Of a stretch of 64,000 nucleotides of DNA, positions 50,501 to 62,538 are shown piece after piece. The DNA lies in assembly GCA_950097015.1 (NCBI GenBank), contig CATNEN010000032.1:1240001-1304000 (forward strand), in the 5' to 3' direction. How positions within the stretch are numbered: the stretch's first letter is position 1; every line of letters starts with the position of its first letter. The notes beneath the pieces are model-generated. The model did not search any database. It saw only the letters and a program-made list of their open reading frames with translations, and was not told the origin of the DNA. The translations under genes and the position numbers were made by a program. The DNA is from Macrostomum hystrix. Its lineage: Eukaryota; Animalia; Platyhelminthes.

Positions 50501-52085
50501 CTACTGTTCCTGTACGAGTCTGGCTACTGTTCCTGGTACGATTCTGGCTACTGTTCCTTGTACGATTCTGGCTACTGTGCTGTACGATTGCTGGCTACTG
50601 TTCCTGGTACGATTCTGGCTACTGTTCCTGGTACGAGTTCTGGCTACTGTTCCTTGTACGATTCTGGCTACTGTTCCTTGTACGATTCTGGCTACTGTTC
50701 CTTGTACGATTTCTGGTTACTGTTCCTGGTACGATTCTGGCTACTGTTCCTGTACGATTCTGGCTACTGGTTCCTTGTACAGTTCTGGCTACTGGGCCTG
50801 TACGATTCTGGCTACTGTTCCTGGTACGATTCTGGCTACTGTTCCTGGTACGATTCTGGCTACTGTTCCTGGTACGATTCTGGCTACTGTTCCTGTACGA
50901 TTCTAGCCTACTGTTCTGGTACGATTCTGGCTACTGTTTCCTTGTACGATTCTAGCTACTGTTTGCTGGTACGATTCTGGCTACTGTTCCTTGTACGATT
51001 CTGGTTACTGTTCCTTGTACGATTCTGGCTACTGTTCCTTGTACGATTCTGGTTACTGTTTCCTTGTACGATCTGGCTAGTTCCTGGTACAGTTTCTGGC
51101 TACTGTTCCTGTACGATTCTGGCTACTGTTCCTGGTACGATTCTGGCTACTGTTCCTGGTACGATTCTGGCTATGTTCCTGTACGATTCTGGCTACTGTT
51201 CCTGGTACGATTTCTGGCTACTGTTCCTTGTACGATTCTGGCTACTGTTCCTGGTACGATTCTGGCTACTGTTCCTGGTACGATTCTGGCTACTGTTCCT
51301 GGTACGATTCTGGCTACTGTTCCTGGTACGATTCTGGCTACTGTTCCTTGTACGATTCTGGCTACTGTTCCTTGTATGATTCTGGCTACTGTTCCTGGTA
51401 CGATTCTGGCTACTGTTCCTTGTACGATTCTAGCTACTGTTGCTGGTACGATTCTGGCTACTGTTCCTTGTACGATTCTGGTTACTGTTCCTTGTACGAT
51501 TCTGGCTACTGTTCCTTGTACGATTCTGGCTACTGTTCCTTGTACGATTCTGGTTACTGTTCCTGGTACGATTCTGGCTACTGTTCCTTGTACGATTCTG
51601 GCTACTGTTCCTTGTACGATTCTGGTTACTGTTCCTTGTACGATTCTAGCTACTGTTGCTGGTACGATTCTGGCTACTGTTCCTTGTACGATTCTAGTTA
51701 CTGTTCCTTGTACGATTCTAGCTACTGTTGCTGGTACGATTCTGGCTACTGTTCCTTGTACGATTCTGGTTACTGTTCCTTGTACGATTCTGGTTACTGT
51801 TCCTTGTACGATTCTAGCTACTGTTGCTGGTACGATTCTGGCTACTGTTGCTGGTACGATTCTGGCTACTGTTCCTTGTACGATTCTGGCTACTGTTCCT
51901 TGTACGATTCTGGTTACTGTTCCTGGTACGATTCTAGCTACTGTTCCTGGTACGATTCTGGCTACTGTTGCTGGTACGATTCTAGCTACTGTTCCTGGTG
52001 CGATTCTGGCTACCGTTGCTGGAACGATTCCAGCTTTATGTTCCCCGTTCGATTCTGGCTTCTGTTCCTGGTACGATTCTAGCTA
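47575..52085. repeat. 4.5-kb 24-bp satellite (GTACGATTCTGGCTACTGTTCCTK)n
   Basis: About 185 copies, indel-rich between ~49220 and 51230; explains the YDSGYCSL, VRFWLLFL and ILATVPGT ORFs. Confidence 0.97.
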
Positions 52086-52534
52086 TAATGAATACTCAGG
52101 ACTGCCAGTAATGCAGAAACAACTTACTGATTAGTCCTGTCATGCCTCTCGAGACTGTCTTAAAAGCAAGAGAAACACAGACGATAAGAAATAAGAAAAT
52201 GCTTGAATAAAAGCGAGAAATAAAGCAGAAGAATTTTTCTGACAAGGGAGACTCTCTCCATCATCATCCCATCCTGGATCTCATTTCTTTTAATCCCATA
52301 GTAGCTAAGAGTTCTTGAACAAGAGGGCCTTAGGGGCTTCCACATGCTTCAAGTTGAAACTGGTGTGGCTTGCGCCCTGTCAGCTTAGGTCAATGTCCCC
52401 CAAGGGACATGTTCCCAAAACTCACAGTGTCCCCATAGACTCAACGAAGTGAGTCAGTGTGAGGCTTCCTCTGCTCCGCTTTGACTTATCTTTCTTCCTC
52501 ATCTATTGCTTTTTGCCAACCTCGGTGAGAAAGT

Positions 52535-52575
52535 GGAGAATTGGTTAGTGAGAGCCCATCTGATTGGCTGCCACA
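52535..52575 (+). promoter_or_regulatory. Paired CCAAT boxes, candidate promoter for the 52715 start
   Basis: GAATTGGTT and CTGATTGGCT lie about 150-180 bp upstream of the signal-peptide ATG. Confidence 0.35.
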
Positions 52576-52714
52576 GAAACACTCCCATCCCCAGTCCGTC
52601 TCCCGACACTTCAGTTTCTCTCTCCCGTTTTAGTCGCCTTCCTCCGCAGCCGAAACACGCATCAGCAAACTAGAACTAGGAGCACAAGCTAACACCTGTC
52701 AGATGTTGCAGAAA

Positions 52715-55700
52715 ATGAGACAATGTGCTCCGGTAGTGCTTTTGATGCAGCTGCTACTGCTGCTGCTTCTTCTAGAAGATTGCTGCCTTGGTAGGTTAAA
52801 CCGGAAGCTTCTGATATTGCAGATTTTAGCTTGAAGAAAGCAAAGTAATGCATAACTTGTCTTCCCCAATTTATTGCAGCTGTGTCCATCGATAGATGGA
52901 GAGCTCAAAGTACTGCCATGGACCTCTATCGGAGCGGTGAGACGACTTTGTTCCCAATGTCACTCTGTTCCCATTTTCACTCTGTTCACATTGTCACCCT
53001 GTTCACATTGTCACTCTGTTCACATTGTCACTCTGTTCCCATTTTCACTCTGTCCAAATTGTCACTCTGTTCGAATTTTCACTCTTTTCGAATCTTCACT
53101 CTGTTCCCATTTTCACTCTGTTCACATTGTCACTCTGTTCCCATTGTCACTCTGTTCACATTGTCACTCTGTTCACATTTTCACTCTGTTAATATTGTGA
53201 CTCTGTTCACATTTTCACTCTGTTAATATTGTCACTCTGTTCACATTGTCACCCTGTTCACATTTTCACTCTGTTAATATTGTGACTCTGTTCACATTTT
53301 CACTCTGTTAATATTGTCACTCTGTTCACCTTGTAATTCTATATTGTCACTCTATTCACAAAGCATTTTAGCCACAGTCTATCCATGTCAAATAAATACA
53401 CCTGAAGCACTGACCAAACCTCTTCAGCCTCCATGCAGTCCGCTGGCCGAGGATGCCCGCCTCCGAAGCCGCTGAGCACATTAAGCGGGTGCCCGGACCG
53501 CTCCTGCGAGACAGAGAGGGACTGCGGCGTCGGAATGCGCTGCGCCTGCGATAGAGCGCTCTGCGGGCCCGTCTGCGTTCGGTACGGTAAGAGAGCAAGA
53601 CAAGACAAGGCAGTGCGCGCCGAGTGACATTTCCACCCAAGAGTGACATTTCCACCCAAGAGTGACATTTTCAACCAAGAGTGACATTTTCAACCGAGAG
53701 TGACATTTTCAACCGAGAGTGACATTTTCAACCAAGAGTGACATTTCCACCCAAGAGTGACATTTTCAACCAAGAGTGACATTTTCAACCGAGAGTGACA
53801 TTTTCAACCAAGAGTGACATTTTTAACCGAAAGTGACCTTTTCAACCAAGAGTGACATTTTTTACCGAGAGTGACATTTTCAACCAAGAGTGACATTTTC
53901 AACCGAGAGTGGCATTTTCAACCAAGAGTGACATTTTCAACCGAGAGTGACATTTTCAACCAAGAGTGACATTTTTAACCGAGAGTGACATTTTCAACCG
54001 AGTGACATTTTCAACCGAGTGACATTTTCAACCGAGTGACATTTTCAACCGAGTGACATTTTCAACCGATTTAAACCTCTCCAATTCCAGATGCCGAGTG
54101 CCCAGCCCTGCCGGAATTGAGTACCCGAGGTCGCACTTCGAGTGAACAGCCGCTGTTGAACAAGAACTCAGTCGGGCAGGCTGTGCGATTCACCTGCTAC
54201 ACGCCATACTCGCTGGTGGGCGGCCCGGAGACCATTGTCTGTCAGGCCAACCTGTCCTGGAGCCACCCGCCGCCTCGCTGTTCCAGAGAGGGTCAGAACA
54301 TGCGGCCTCAACTGGGAATCCAATAGACAACAGCGGGCCAGATGGCAGACATGAGATGAGACAGGGGGAGAGATGAGACAGGGGAGAGATGAGACAGGGG
54401 AGAGATGAGACACGGGAGAGATGAGACACGGGAGAGATGAGACACGGGAGAGATGAGACACGGGAGAGATGAGACACGGGAGAGATGAGACATGGGAGAG
54501 ATGAGACATGGGAGAGATGAGACACGGGAGAGATGAGACACGGGAGAGATGAGACACGGGAGAGATGAGACAGGGGGAGATGAGACAAAGGGGAGATGAG
54601 ACAGGGGAGAGATGAGACAGGGGAGAGATGAGACACGGGGGAGATGAGACACGGGGAGATGAGACAGGGGGGAGATGAGACAGGGGAGAGATGAGACAGG
54701 GGGAGATGAGACAGGGGGGAGATGAGACACGGGGAGATGAGACAGGGGGGAGATGAGACAGGGGAGAGATGAGACAGGGGGAGATGAGACAGGGGAGAGA
54801 TGAGACAGGGGAGAGATGAGACACGGGGGAGATGAGACACGGGGAGATGAGACAGGGGGGAGATGAGACAGGGGAGAGATGAGACAGGGGGAGATGAGAC
54901 AGGGGGGAGATGAGACACGGGGAGATGAGACAGGGGGGAGATGAGACAGGGGAGAGATGAGACAGGGGGAGATGAGACACGGGGGGAGATGAGACGGGGG
55001 AGATGAGACACGGGGAGATGAGACAGGGGGGAGATGAGACAGGGGAGAGATGAGACAGGGGGAGATGAGACAGGGGGGAGATGAGACAGGGGAGTGATGA
55101 GAACAGGGGGGAGATGAGACAAGGGGGAGATGAGACAAGGGGGGATGAGACAGTGGATATAAAGTAGTAGCGAATTTTTTTATCTTACAAAAGCTTTTTC
55201 ACACCGCTATTGCTTGTGACTTGAAAGTGCTATTATTAATATCACTAAAAGTTATATTGGCGAATATTAAAAAGGTCAAGTACCTCATAGCTCTAGTTTC
55301 ATTTTCTGTATGGAGTGTGCACAGTTAAATCTACGCATTCTCTAAAAAGTAATTTAGCAATAAATGGTCTCATCCTCATTATCTCATGTCCCCCGAGGCG
55401 AGCATTGTACAGGAACCCACAACACCTTCCCGACTCCCAAATTCAGAGAAGTGCATCCGGCCCAGTCGAATTCCGAACACCATTTTGGTTCGAGCCTCGC
55501 CAGATTCGGCTGAGTACGCCTCCGGGGACGAGCTAGTGTACACCTGCGCGCCCGGATACCGGTCCGACAGACCTGACCTCACCATGTCCGCCATCTGCAA
55601 CAGGGGACAGTGGAGCATGCGGGACTTCGTGTGCACTGGTGGGACAGCTGCTCAGCCTCAGCTTTCCTTCCCATCACATTCCTTCTCATCCCAATCCTTC

Positions 55701-58405
55701 TCATCCCATTCCTTCTCATCCCATTCCTTCCCATCCCATTCCTTCCCATCCCATTCCTTCCCATCCCATACCTTCTCTTCCCATTCCGTATCATCCATTC
55801 CTTCTCATCCCATTCCTTCCCATCCCATTCCTTCCCATCCCATTCCTTCCCATCCCAATCCTTACCAATTCCCTATTTTAATAAGAAAATAAAAGTGCAT
55901 ATTTAGCAAAAGTCTGAAAAACTGCGTCTTCCTTGACTGTGGACAGTTGTGAGCTGCGGTCATCCCGGCGACCCGTCCAACGGCAAGCATCTGAATTGGA
56001 ACTACACCTACCAGCAAAAGGTGTCCTATTTCTGCTTCGAAGGCTACCGGCTGACCTGTAAATCGGCAACAGAAAAAATTTCCGATTGTAAGTATAAATT
56101 TTCTTTTTTTCAAATGGGTATTTTTTTGTTTTTTACGTGTTCTCAAACTGTACTAATTTTCAGGTCAAGTTCGCACCTGCAGGGCCGACGGAACCTGGTC
56201 TGGCAGCGTGCCGGAGTGCAAGAGTAATTCCTGTCATTTTCATAAAGTAACAGACAGAGTGTGCACTTTTATTATTAAAATGAACTTTGAATTTGGATTA
56301 GCAATTTTTGTTTAGCCTGCCATTCAAGGTCGCAGACTTCAAGGTCAAAGCCTTCAAGGTCACAGCGCGTATTCACGTGTACAGAGCGTGATCAAAGTCA
56401 AATTTCTACTCTACAATTTTTTCCTTTCCTATTGTTACTTTTTATTGCGCGACCAAAACCGGTTTTATGCTGGTAAACTTTCCATTAATAAAGCGATACA
56501 GGAAGGACACTCAAGGTCAACTGCCACGCATCTAGTGCGTGATTTATAGTATATATATATATATACTGCATATTTGGGCAAACGGGGGCATGATTCAAGG
56601 TGTACAACCATTCCGAACCTCCAGGCATTCAATGCCCGAATCTGGAGCACCCAGTCAACGGTGTCGTCAGCAAGGGTTGGAACTTTGTCAACAGTGTAGT
56701 TCAATACACATGCAACGCCGGCTACCGACTGGTGGGCACCGCCAGCCGAATGTGCCGTCGCAATGGCACCTGGGACGGTGAAGTGCCGCGCTGCATTGTG
56801 CAGGACTGCGGCCCGCCACCCTTCGTAGCCAACGCCTACAGGGTGCAGGTTGGTGGCTCTCCTGCTCAGCTTTCGTCTTTCAATACCCGCCAGCCCGTGC
56901 CTCTTGTCATGCTTTCTCAGAAAGAAATTCGTAACAGTCGAAATAACATGGCCGGCACTTCAAATATCCACATCCATATCCAAATTATCCACATCCATAT
57001 CCACATTATCCACATCCATATCCACATTATCCACATCCATATCCAAATTATCCACATCCATATCCACATTATCCACATCCATATCCACATTTTTCTTTTT
57101 TCTGTATCTCTCACAATATTCAGCCAATGTTCAAAAAAATTCTTAGATTCAGATGGTGGACTTTCGGTTTGGAACCCGTCGTGTTGTAGGCTGCGAGTAT
57201 TTGAAATAGCCCGTGGTCTTTCCCCAGGGGGCAAAATAGCTTGGTCGTTCTACTGTTCAAAGCTTTCTCAATGTCCCAAACGCAGGTGAGCAGTACAAAG
57301 TACAAAGCCAGGGTCACGTACACGTGTCTGCCAGATGCCAAGCTGGAGGGCGAGAACGGCGGCCAGATTGTCTGCCAGACCGACGGTCGCTGGGTGCCGG
57401 CGGCGCCGAAGTGTCGCAGCCACTGCCAGGTGCCAACCATCGCCTGGGGCCGGCCTCTCATTGGTCGGCCAGATGGGCCGCCTGCGGTAGACAAAGTGCC
57501 GTCGGATACCACTCTCTGGGTGCGCTGCGATGAAAATTACCAGCTGCAGAGGACTCTGTACCCGAGGTGCGACAACGGCACCTGGACTGGCATACCCAAT
57601 TGCGTGCCCAGTGAGTTAGTTTCAGAATATTTGTTATAAATTCAACCCTGATAACACTGTTCAGAGCGGTACACTCACAAATAGCTATTCAGAGGTGTCA
57701 ACCAATCAGCGTCGAGTAAGAAGGGGAGAGAGGATCTAGATGTACACTCACAGATAGTTTACTCAAAGGTGTCAACCAATCAGCGTCGAGTAAGGAGGGG
57801 AGAGAAGATCAAGATATACACTCTCAGATAGTGAGTAAGCAAAGGGGAAAGTGATGATCTCACTGATGATACCCACTTGTTCACACAGAGGACTGCAACG
57901 ACCGACCGCCCCTGGTGAAGAACGGCATAGCCAGATTCTATGGCACAAAGCACAGCGATCGAGTAATTTACTCTTGCTACGTTGGTTACGAAGCCCTTCG
58001 CGGCTCCAGCCTGCTGACTTGTCGCTACGGCAAATGGGTCGGCATTCCGCCCGTCTGCACAAAAAGTGAGTAGCGCATTGCGCATTAAATCCTCAAATAT
58101 GAAATTAACTAAATAAATTTAAAATCGCAGAGAAATGCCCCTGGATTGTGACGCCGTCCAATGTTGAAAAATGGCTAATCGGACCAGAGGGCATCAAGAA
58201 CCAGTGGACCAGGCCGCAGACAACCTCCGACAACGAGGAGCTGGTACAGTTCCAGTGCGTTGGCAAGGGCATGGTGCTGAAGGGCCACACCCACGCCATC
58301 TGTTTGAATGGCCAATGGAGGCCGCCAGGCAGTCCTCAGTGCGTCAAGCAGATGCACAAGCAGATACCGCACGACTGGCTGTTCTACAGGGTCGGCAGGC
58401 GGTGA
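52715..58405 (+). CDS. lev-9: LEV-9/Hasp-like secreted scaffold: signal peptide, WAP domain and eight CCP (sushi) domains
   Basis: Exons 52715-52790, 52880-52936, 53428-53586, 54091-54291, 55447-55638, 55947-56087, 56164-56223, 56625-56848, 57286-57610, 57889-58065, 58131-58405; all GT-AG and phase-consistent. Signal peptide MRQCAPVVLLMQLLLLLLLL; 8-Cys WAP-like CPPPKP...GCPDRSCETERDCGVGMRCACDRALCGPVC; eight C..C..W..C sushi modules. WAP + 8 CCP is the C. elegans LEV-9 architecture. Orthology is inferred from architecture only. Confidence 0.85.
52955..53335. repeat. 17-bp intronic minisatellite (GTTCACATTGTCACTCT)n
   Basis: About 22 copies between the exons at 52880 and 53428. Confidence 0.9.
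53620..54070. repeat. 19-bp (17-bp at the 3' end) intronic minisatellite (GAGTGACATTTTCAACCRA)n
   Basis: About 24 copies between the WAP exon and the first CCP exon. Confidence 0.93.
54350..55150. repeat. 16-17-bp purine-rich intronic minisatellite (GAGATGAGACAGGGGA)n
   Basis: About 48 copies with variable G-run length. Confidence 0.93.
55660..55860. repeat. 15-bp intronic minisatellite (CCATTCCTTCYCATC)n
   Basis: About 12 copies starting ~20 bp after the donor at 55639. Confidence 0.88.
56965..57090. repeat. 21-bp intronic minisatellite (ATCCACATCCATATCCACATT)n
   Basis: About 6 copies; produces the IHIHIHI reading in the ORF track. Confidence 0.88.
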
Positions 58406-58739
58406 ATGAGGTTGAAGAAATGCACAATCAAAGCACTTCTGGGACTGACAAACGAATTCACTTTCGTTTTCATTTAATTTTCTACTTGTAAACTATTTCT
58501 GAGCGATTGTTGTTAACCAATCCCTAACTCCATCATCTAGTTTAACTTCTTAAAATATCCCATTGTTTTCTCCCTAAAAACCGAATTGTTTTAAACATTG
58601 TGATTACTATTATTATCATTATGAAGCCTGGCACTCGGCACGTTCACAAGAAGTGCATTGTATACGCGTGCAAGAAAGCTGTACATTTGTTGCATCGATA
58701 AATGTCTCACTTGCTTTTCTCTTTTGAGAGGAGAAGAAA

Positions 58740-60027
58740 CGAGAGAGAGTAGAGGAGAGGAGAGGAGAGGAGAGGAGAGGAGAGGAGAGGAGAGGAGAGG
58801 AGAGGAGAGGAGAGGAGAGGAGAGGAGAGGAGAGGAGAGGAGAGGAGAGGAGAGGAGAGGAGAGGAGAGGAGAGGAGAGGAGAGGAGAGGAGAGGAGAAG
58901 AGAGGAGAGGAGAGGAGAGGAGAGGAGAGGAGAGGAGAGGAGAGGAGAGGAGAGGAGAGGAGAGGAGAGGAGAGGAGAGGAGAGGAGAGGAGAGGAGAGG
59001 AGAGGAGAGGAGAAGAGAGGAGAGGAGAAGAGAGGAGAGGAGAGGAGAGGAGAGGAGAGGAGAGGAGAGGAGAGGAGAGGAGAGGAGAGGAGAGGAGAGG
59101 AGAGGAGAGGAGAGGAGAGGAGAGGAGAGGAGAGGAGAGGAGAGGAGAGGAGAAGAGAGGAGAGGAGAAGAGAGGAGAGGAGAGGAGAGGAGAGGAGAGG
59201 AGAGGAGAAGAGGAGAGGAGAGGAGAGGAGAAGAGAGAAGAGAAGAGGAGAGGAGAGGAGAGGAGAGGAGAGAAGAGGAGAGAAGAGGAGAAGAGAGAAG
59301 AGAAGAGAAGAGGAGAGGCGAAAAGAGGAGAAGAGAGAAGAGGAGAGGAGAAGAGAGGAGAGGAGAAGAGAGGAGAGGAGAGGAGAGGAGAGGAGAGGAG
59401 AGGAGAAGAGAGGAGAGGAGAGGAGAGGAGAGGAGAGGAGAGGAGAAGAGGAGAGGAGAGGAGAGGAGAAGAGAGAAGAGAAGAGAAGAGGAGACGAGAG
59501 GAGAGGAGAGAAGAGGAGACGAGAGGAGAGGAGAGGAGAGGAGAGGAGAGGAGAGGAGAGGAGAGGAGAGGAGAGGAGAGGAGAGGAGAGGAGAGTAGAG
59601 GAGAGGAGAGGAGAGGAGAGGAGAGGAGAAGAGGAGAGGAGAGGAGAGGAGAAGAGAGAAGAGAAGAGAAGAGGAGACGAGAGGAGAGGAGAGAAGAGGA
59701 GAGAAGAGGAGAAGAGAGAAGAGAAGAGAAGAGGAGAGGCGAAAAGAGGAGAAGAGAGAAGAGGAGAGGAGAAGAGAGGAGAGGAGAAGAGAGGAGAGGA
59801 GAGGAGAGGAGAGGAGAGGAGAAGAGAGGAGAGGAGAGGAGAGGAGAGGAGAGGAGAGGAGAAGAGGAGAGGAGAGGAGAGGAGAAGAGAGAAGAGAAGA
59901 GAAGAGGAGACGAGAGGAGAGGAGAGAAGAGGAGACGAGAGGAGAGGAGAGGAGAGGAGAGGAGAGGAGAGGAGAGGAGAGGAGAGGAGAGGAGAGGAGA
60001 GGAGAGGAGAGGAGAGGAGAGGAGAGT
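58740..60027. repeat. 1.3-kb polypurine (GAGAG)n pentanucleotide tract
   Basis: Almost pure A/G; the rare GGCGAAAAGAGG variant recurs at a 420-bp offset (~59318 and ~59738). Confidence 0.97.
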
Positions 60028-60549
60028 AGAAAATAAGTTTCAGAAAAGCATACAATAATTCTTTAGCTGATATACCTGACCTTTAACATAGCTTTAACCA
60101 TACAATCTGCATTGCAGCCCAGTGAAAATGCGCAATCGTTTTCCAAGTGCCGACAGCTCGAAGAGAGAAATGAATTGAGAAGCAGCATCAAGATAACCGC
60201 ATAGCAGACGGCGGCTTTGAGTACAGTTATGAGCAGAGCAAGAAAAGTTTGAGCAGACGCAAATGCATACCAGCTACTGTGATTATTTGCATACAGCGAA
60301 TAGAGCACGGCTGCTCAACTCTCAGCCGTTTTTAATTGAAGTTTGAGACAAGGGACCGTAGAGAGACCAGGCGTAACAGAGCAACGGCCAGAAAATGATA
60401 AGAAAAAGATAATGGTGAGAGAGATAAAGAGAGGCCAACCAGTAGTCATGGCACCCCACACCCCCAGCCAAACCGACTACTAAAACGAATTGGATAAAAA
60501 CTTTCAACTTCAAACTCGCAAGCCCGGCAGGGGCACCAAAAGACGCGCA

Positions 60550-62472
60550 ATGTCCTTGCTTGAGTACGCCGGGCCTGTGTGGCGGTCCCGCCAGCTGCTG
60601 TCCCAGCCGGTTGATTACGCCAACGAAGCTGTTAATTATCGATTTTCAGCCAATCAAAGCCTCAGACGACTAGCCAGCTGGGGGCCGAGTCCGAGGGCGC
60701 ACAATGACAGCGCATCGATGACCGAGTCGAGCAGGAAGTTGCCGCTGCGGCCGCACGAGAGGCTCCACCCGGACAGGAGCAGAACCTTCTGCCTGCCCGA
60801 TGGCTGGACTAGCGAAGATCAGGTGGACGAAGATCTGGGAAGATTGCATTCAGCGCAGCTGAAGCTGAAACCTAGGAAGGTATGCGCTGCTTGAGTAGGC
60901 AACCCACAGCATCTGTCTAACAGGTTAGATTACAGTAACACATCTGTCTAACAGGTTAGATTACTAGCAACACATTTGTCTAACAGGTTAGATTACAGTA
61001 ACACAGCTGTCTAACAGGTTAGATTACTAGCAACACATTTGTCTAACAGGTTAGATTACTGGAACACATTTGTCTAACAGGTTAGATTACTGGAACACAT
61101 CTGTCTAACAGGTTAGATTACTAGTAACACATCTGTCTAACAGGTTAGATTACTAGTAACACATCTGTCTAACAGGTTAGATTACTAGTAACACATCTGT
61201 CTAACAGGTTAGATTACTAGCAGCACATCTGTCTAACAGGTTAGATTACTGGAACACATTTGTCTAACAGGTTAGATTACTGGAACACATCTGTCTAACA
61301 GGTTAGATTACTGGAACACATCTGTCTAACAGGTTAGATTACTGGAACACATTTTTCTAACAGGTTAGATTGCTGGAACACATCTGTCTAACAGGTTAGA
61401 TTACTAGCAGCACATCTGTCTAACAGGTTAGATTGCTGGAACACATCTGTCTAACAGGTTAGATTACTAGCAGCACATCTGTCTAACAGGTTAGATTACT
61501 GGAACACATCTGTCTAACAGGTTAGATTACTGGAACACTTTTGTCTAACAGGTTAGATTACTGGAACACATGTGACTCTGCCTACCCCTGGTTCCTCGCC
61601 TCCAGGTATCTAACAAGGGGGGCATCGCATTCGGCGCGGTTCCAACAGTTCCAGCAGAGAGGGCAGCAAATACTAATGAAACACGTTCTAGAAGCGATGG
61701 GAAAATAGCAGGCCCGTCACTAGCCTTCACCACGTTCGGCGACCGACAGTTTCCTCTGCAGCCGTCGCGGCCGCCGCCTCCGCCTCCACCGCCGTCAGAA
61801 AGTGTTAAAAAAATCGAAAAACTCAAAGATTTTAACAAAGACCTGCCGAATCAAGACCAGGCAGTAAAGCTGCACAATCGTGGAGTCGCTTCGGCGGCCG
61901 ACGCTGGTGCTGAGAGCCAGTCTGCCGTGTCCGACTATTATTCCTTGATGCCGACGCCCGTCGGCGGAGTGTCGATTCGTAGGCTGAAAGTTGAAAGTAA
62001 CGCTGGGTCGAAGTCGGCCTGTTATGTGGGTCGCAATGGTCTGCCAGTCGCCTCAACGGTGTCTGCGATAACGACCGCGGCAGCAGAATGGAAGCCGGGT
62101 GAATCCTCGGACAGTGAGCGAATAGGACTGCTGAGACCAAACCTGAGCTGGAAGGCTGAACTGGACGATCCATCTGCGGTGAGTACACTGCTAAGGACAC
62201 CGACCTCACCTACCTGTTGCACACCGACCTCACCTGTTACACACCGACCCCACCTGCTTCAACATCTTCTGCCAGACTGTACTCTCTGGCGCTGAACCAG
62301 GTTCGAAAGAGGCCGCAGCCGCAGCCGCCGCCGCCGCCCGTCTCGACGCTCAACGCCGGAGTCGTCGAATCGTCGGCTTCGACCATACCAACGGTGACGA
62401 CGCATTGCCGTCAGCCAGAGAGGCTGCCATTCTGAACCGCCTGAGAGCCCGCTCTGCTGCACAGCGTCAGAC

Positions 62473-62538
<66 letters not shown>

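Noticed and set aside
47573-52134. YDSGYCSL / VRFWLLFL / ILATVPGT repeat proteins
   Set aside because: Translations of a 24-bp satellite; frequent frameshifting indels switch frames without constraint.
58619-60058. EERRG and LLSSP repeat ORFs
   Set aside because: Translations of the (GAGAG)n tract.
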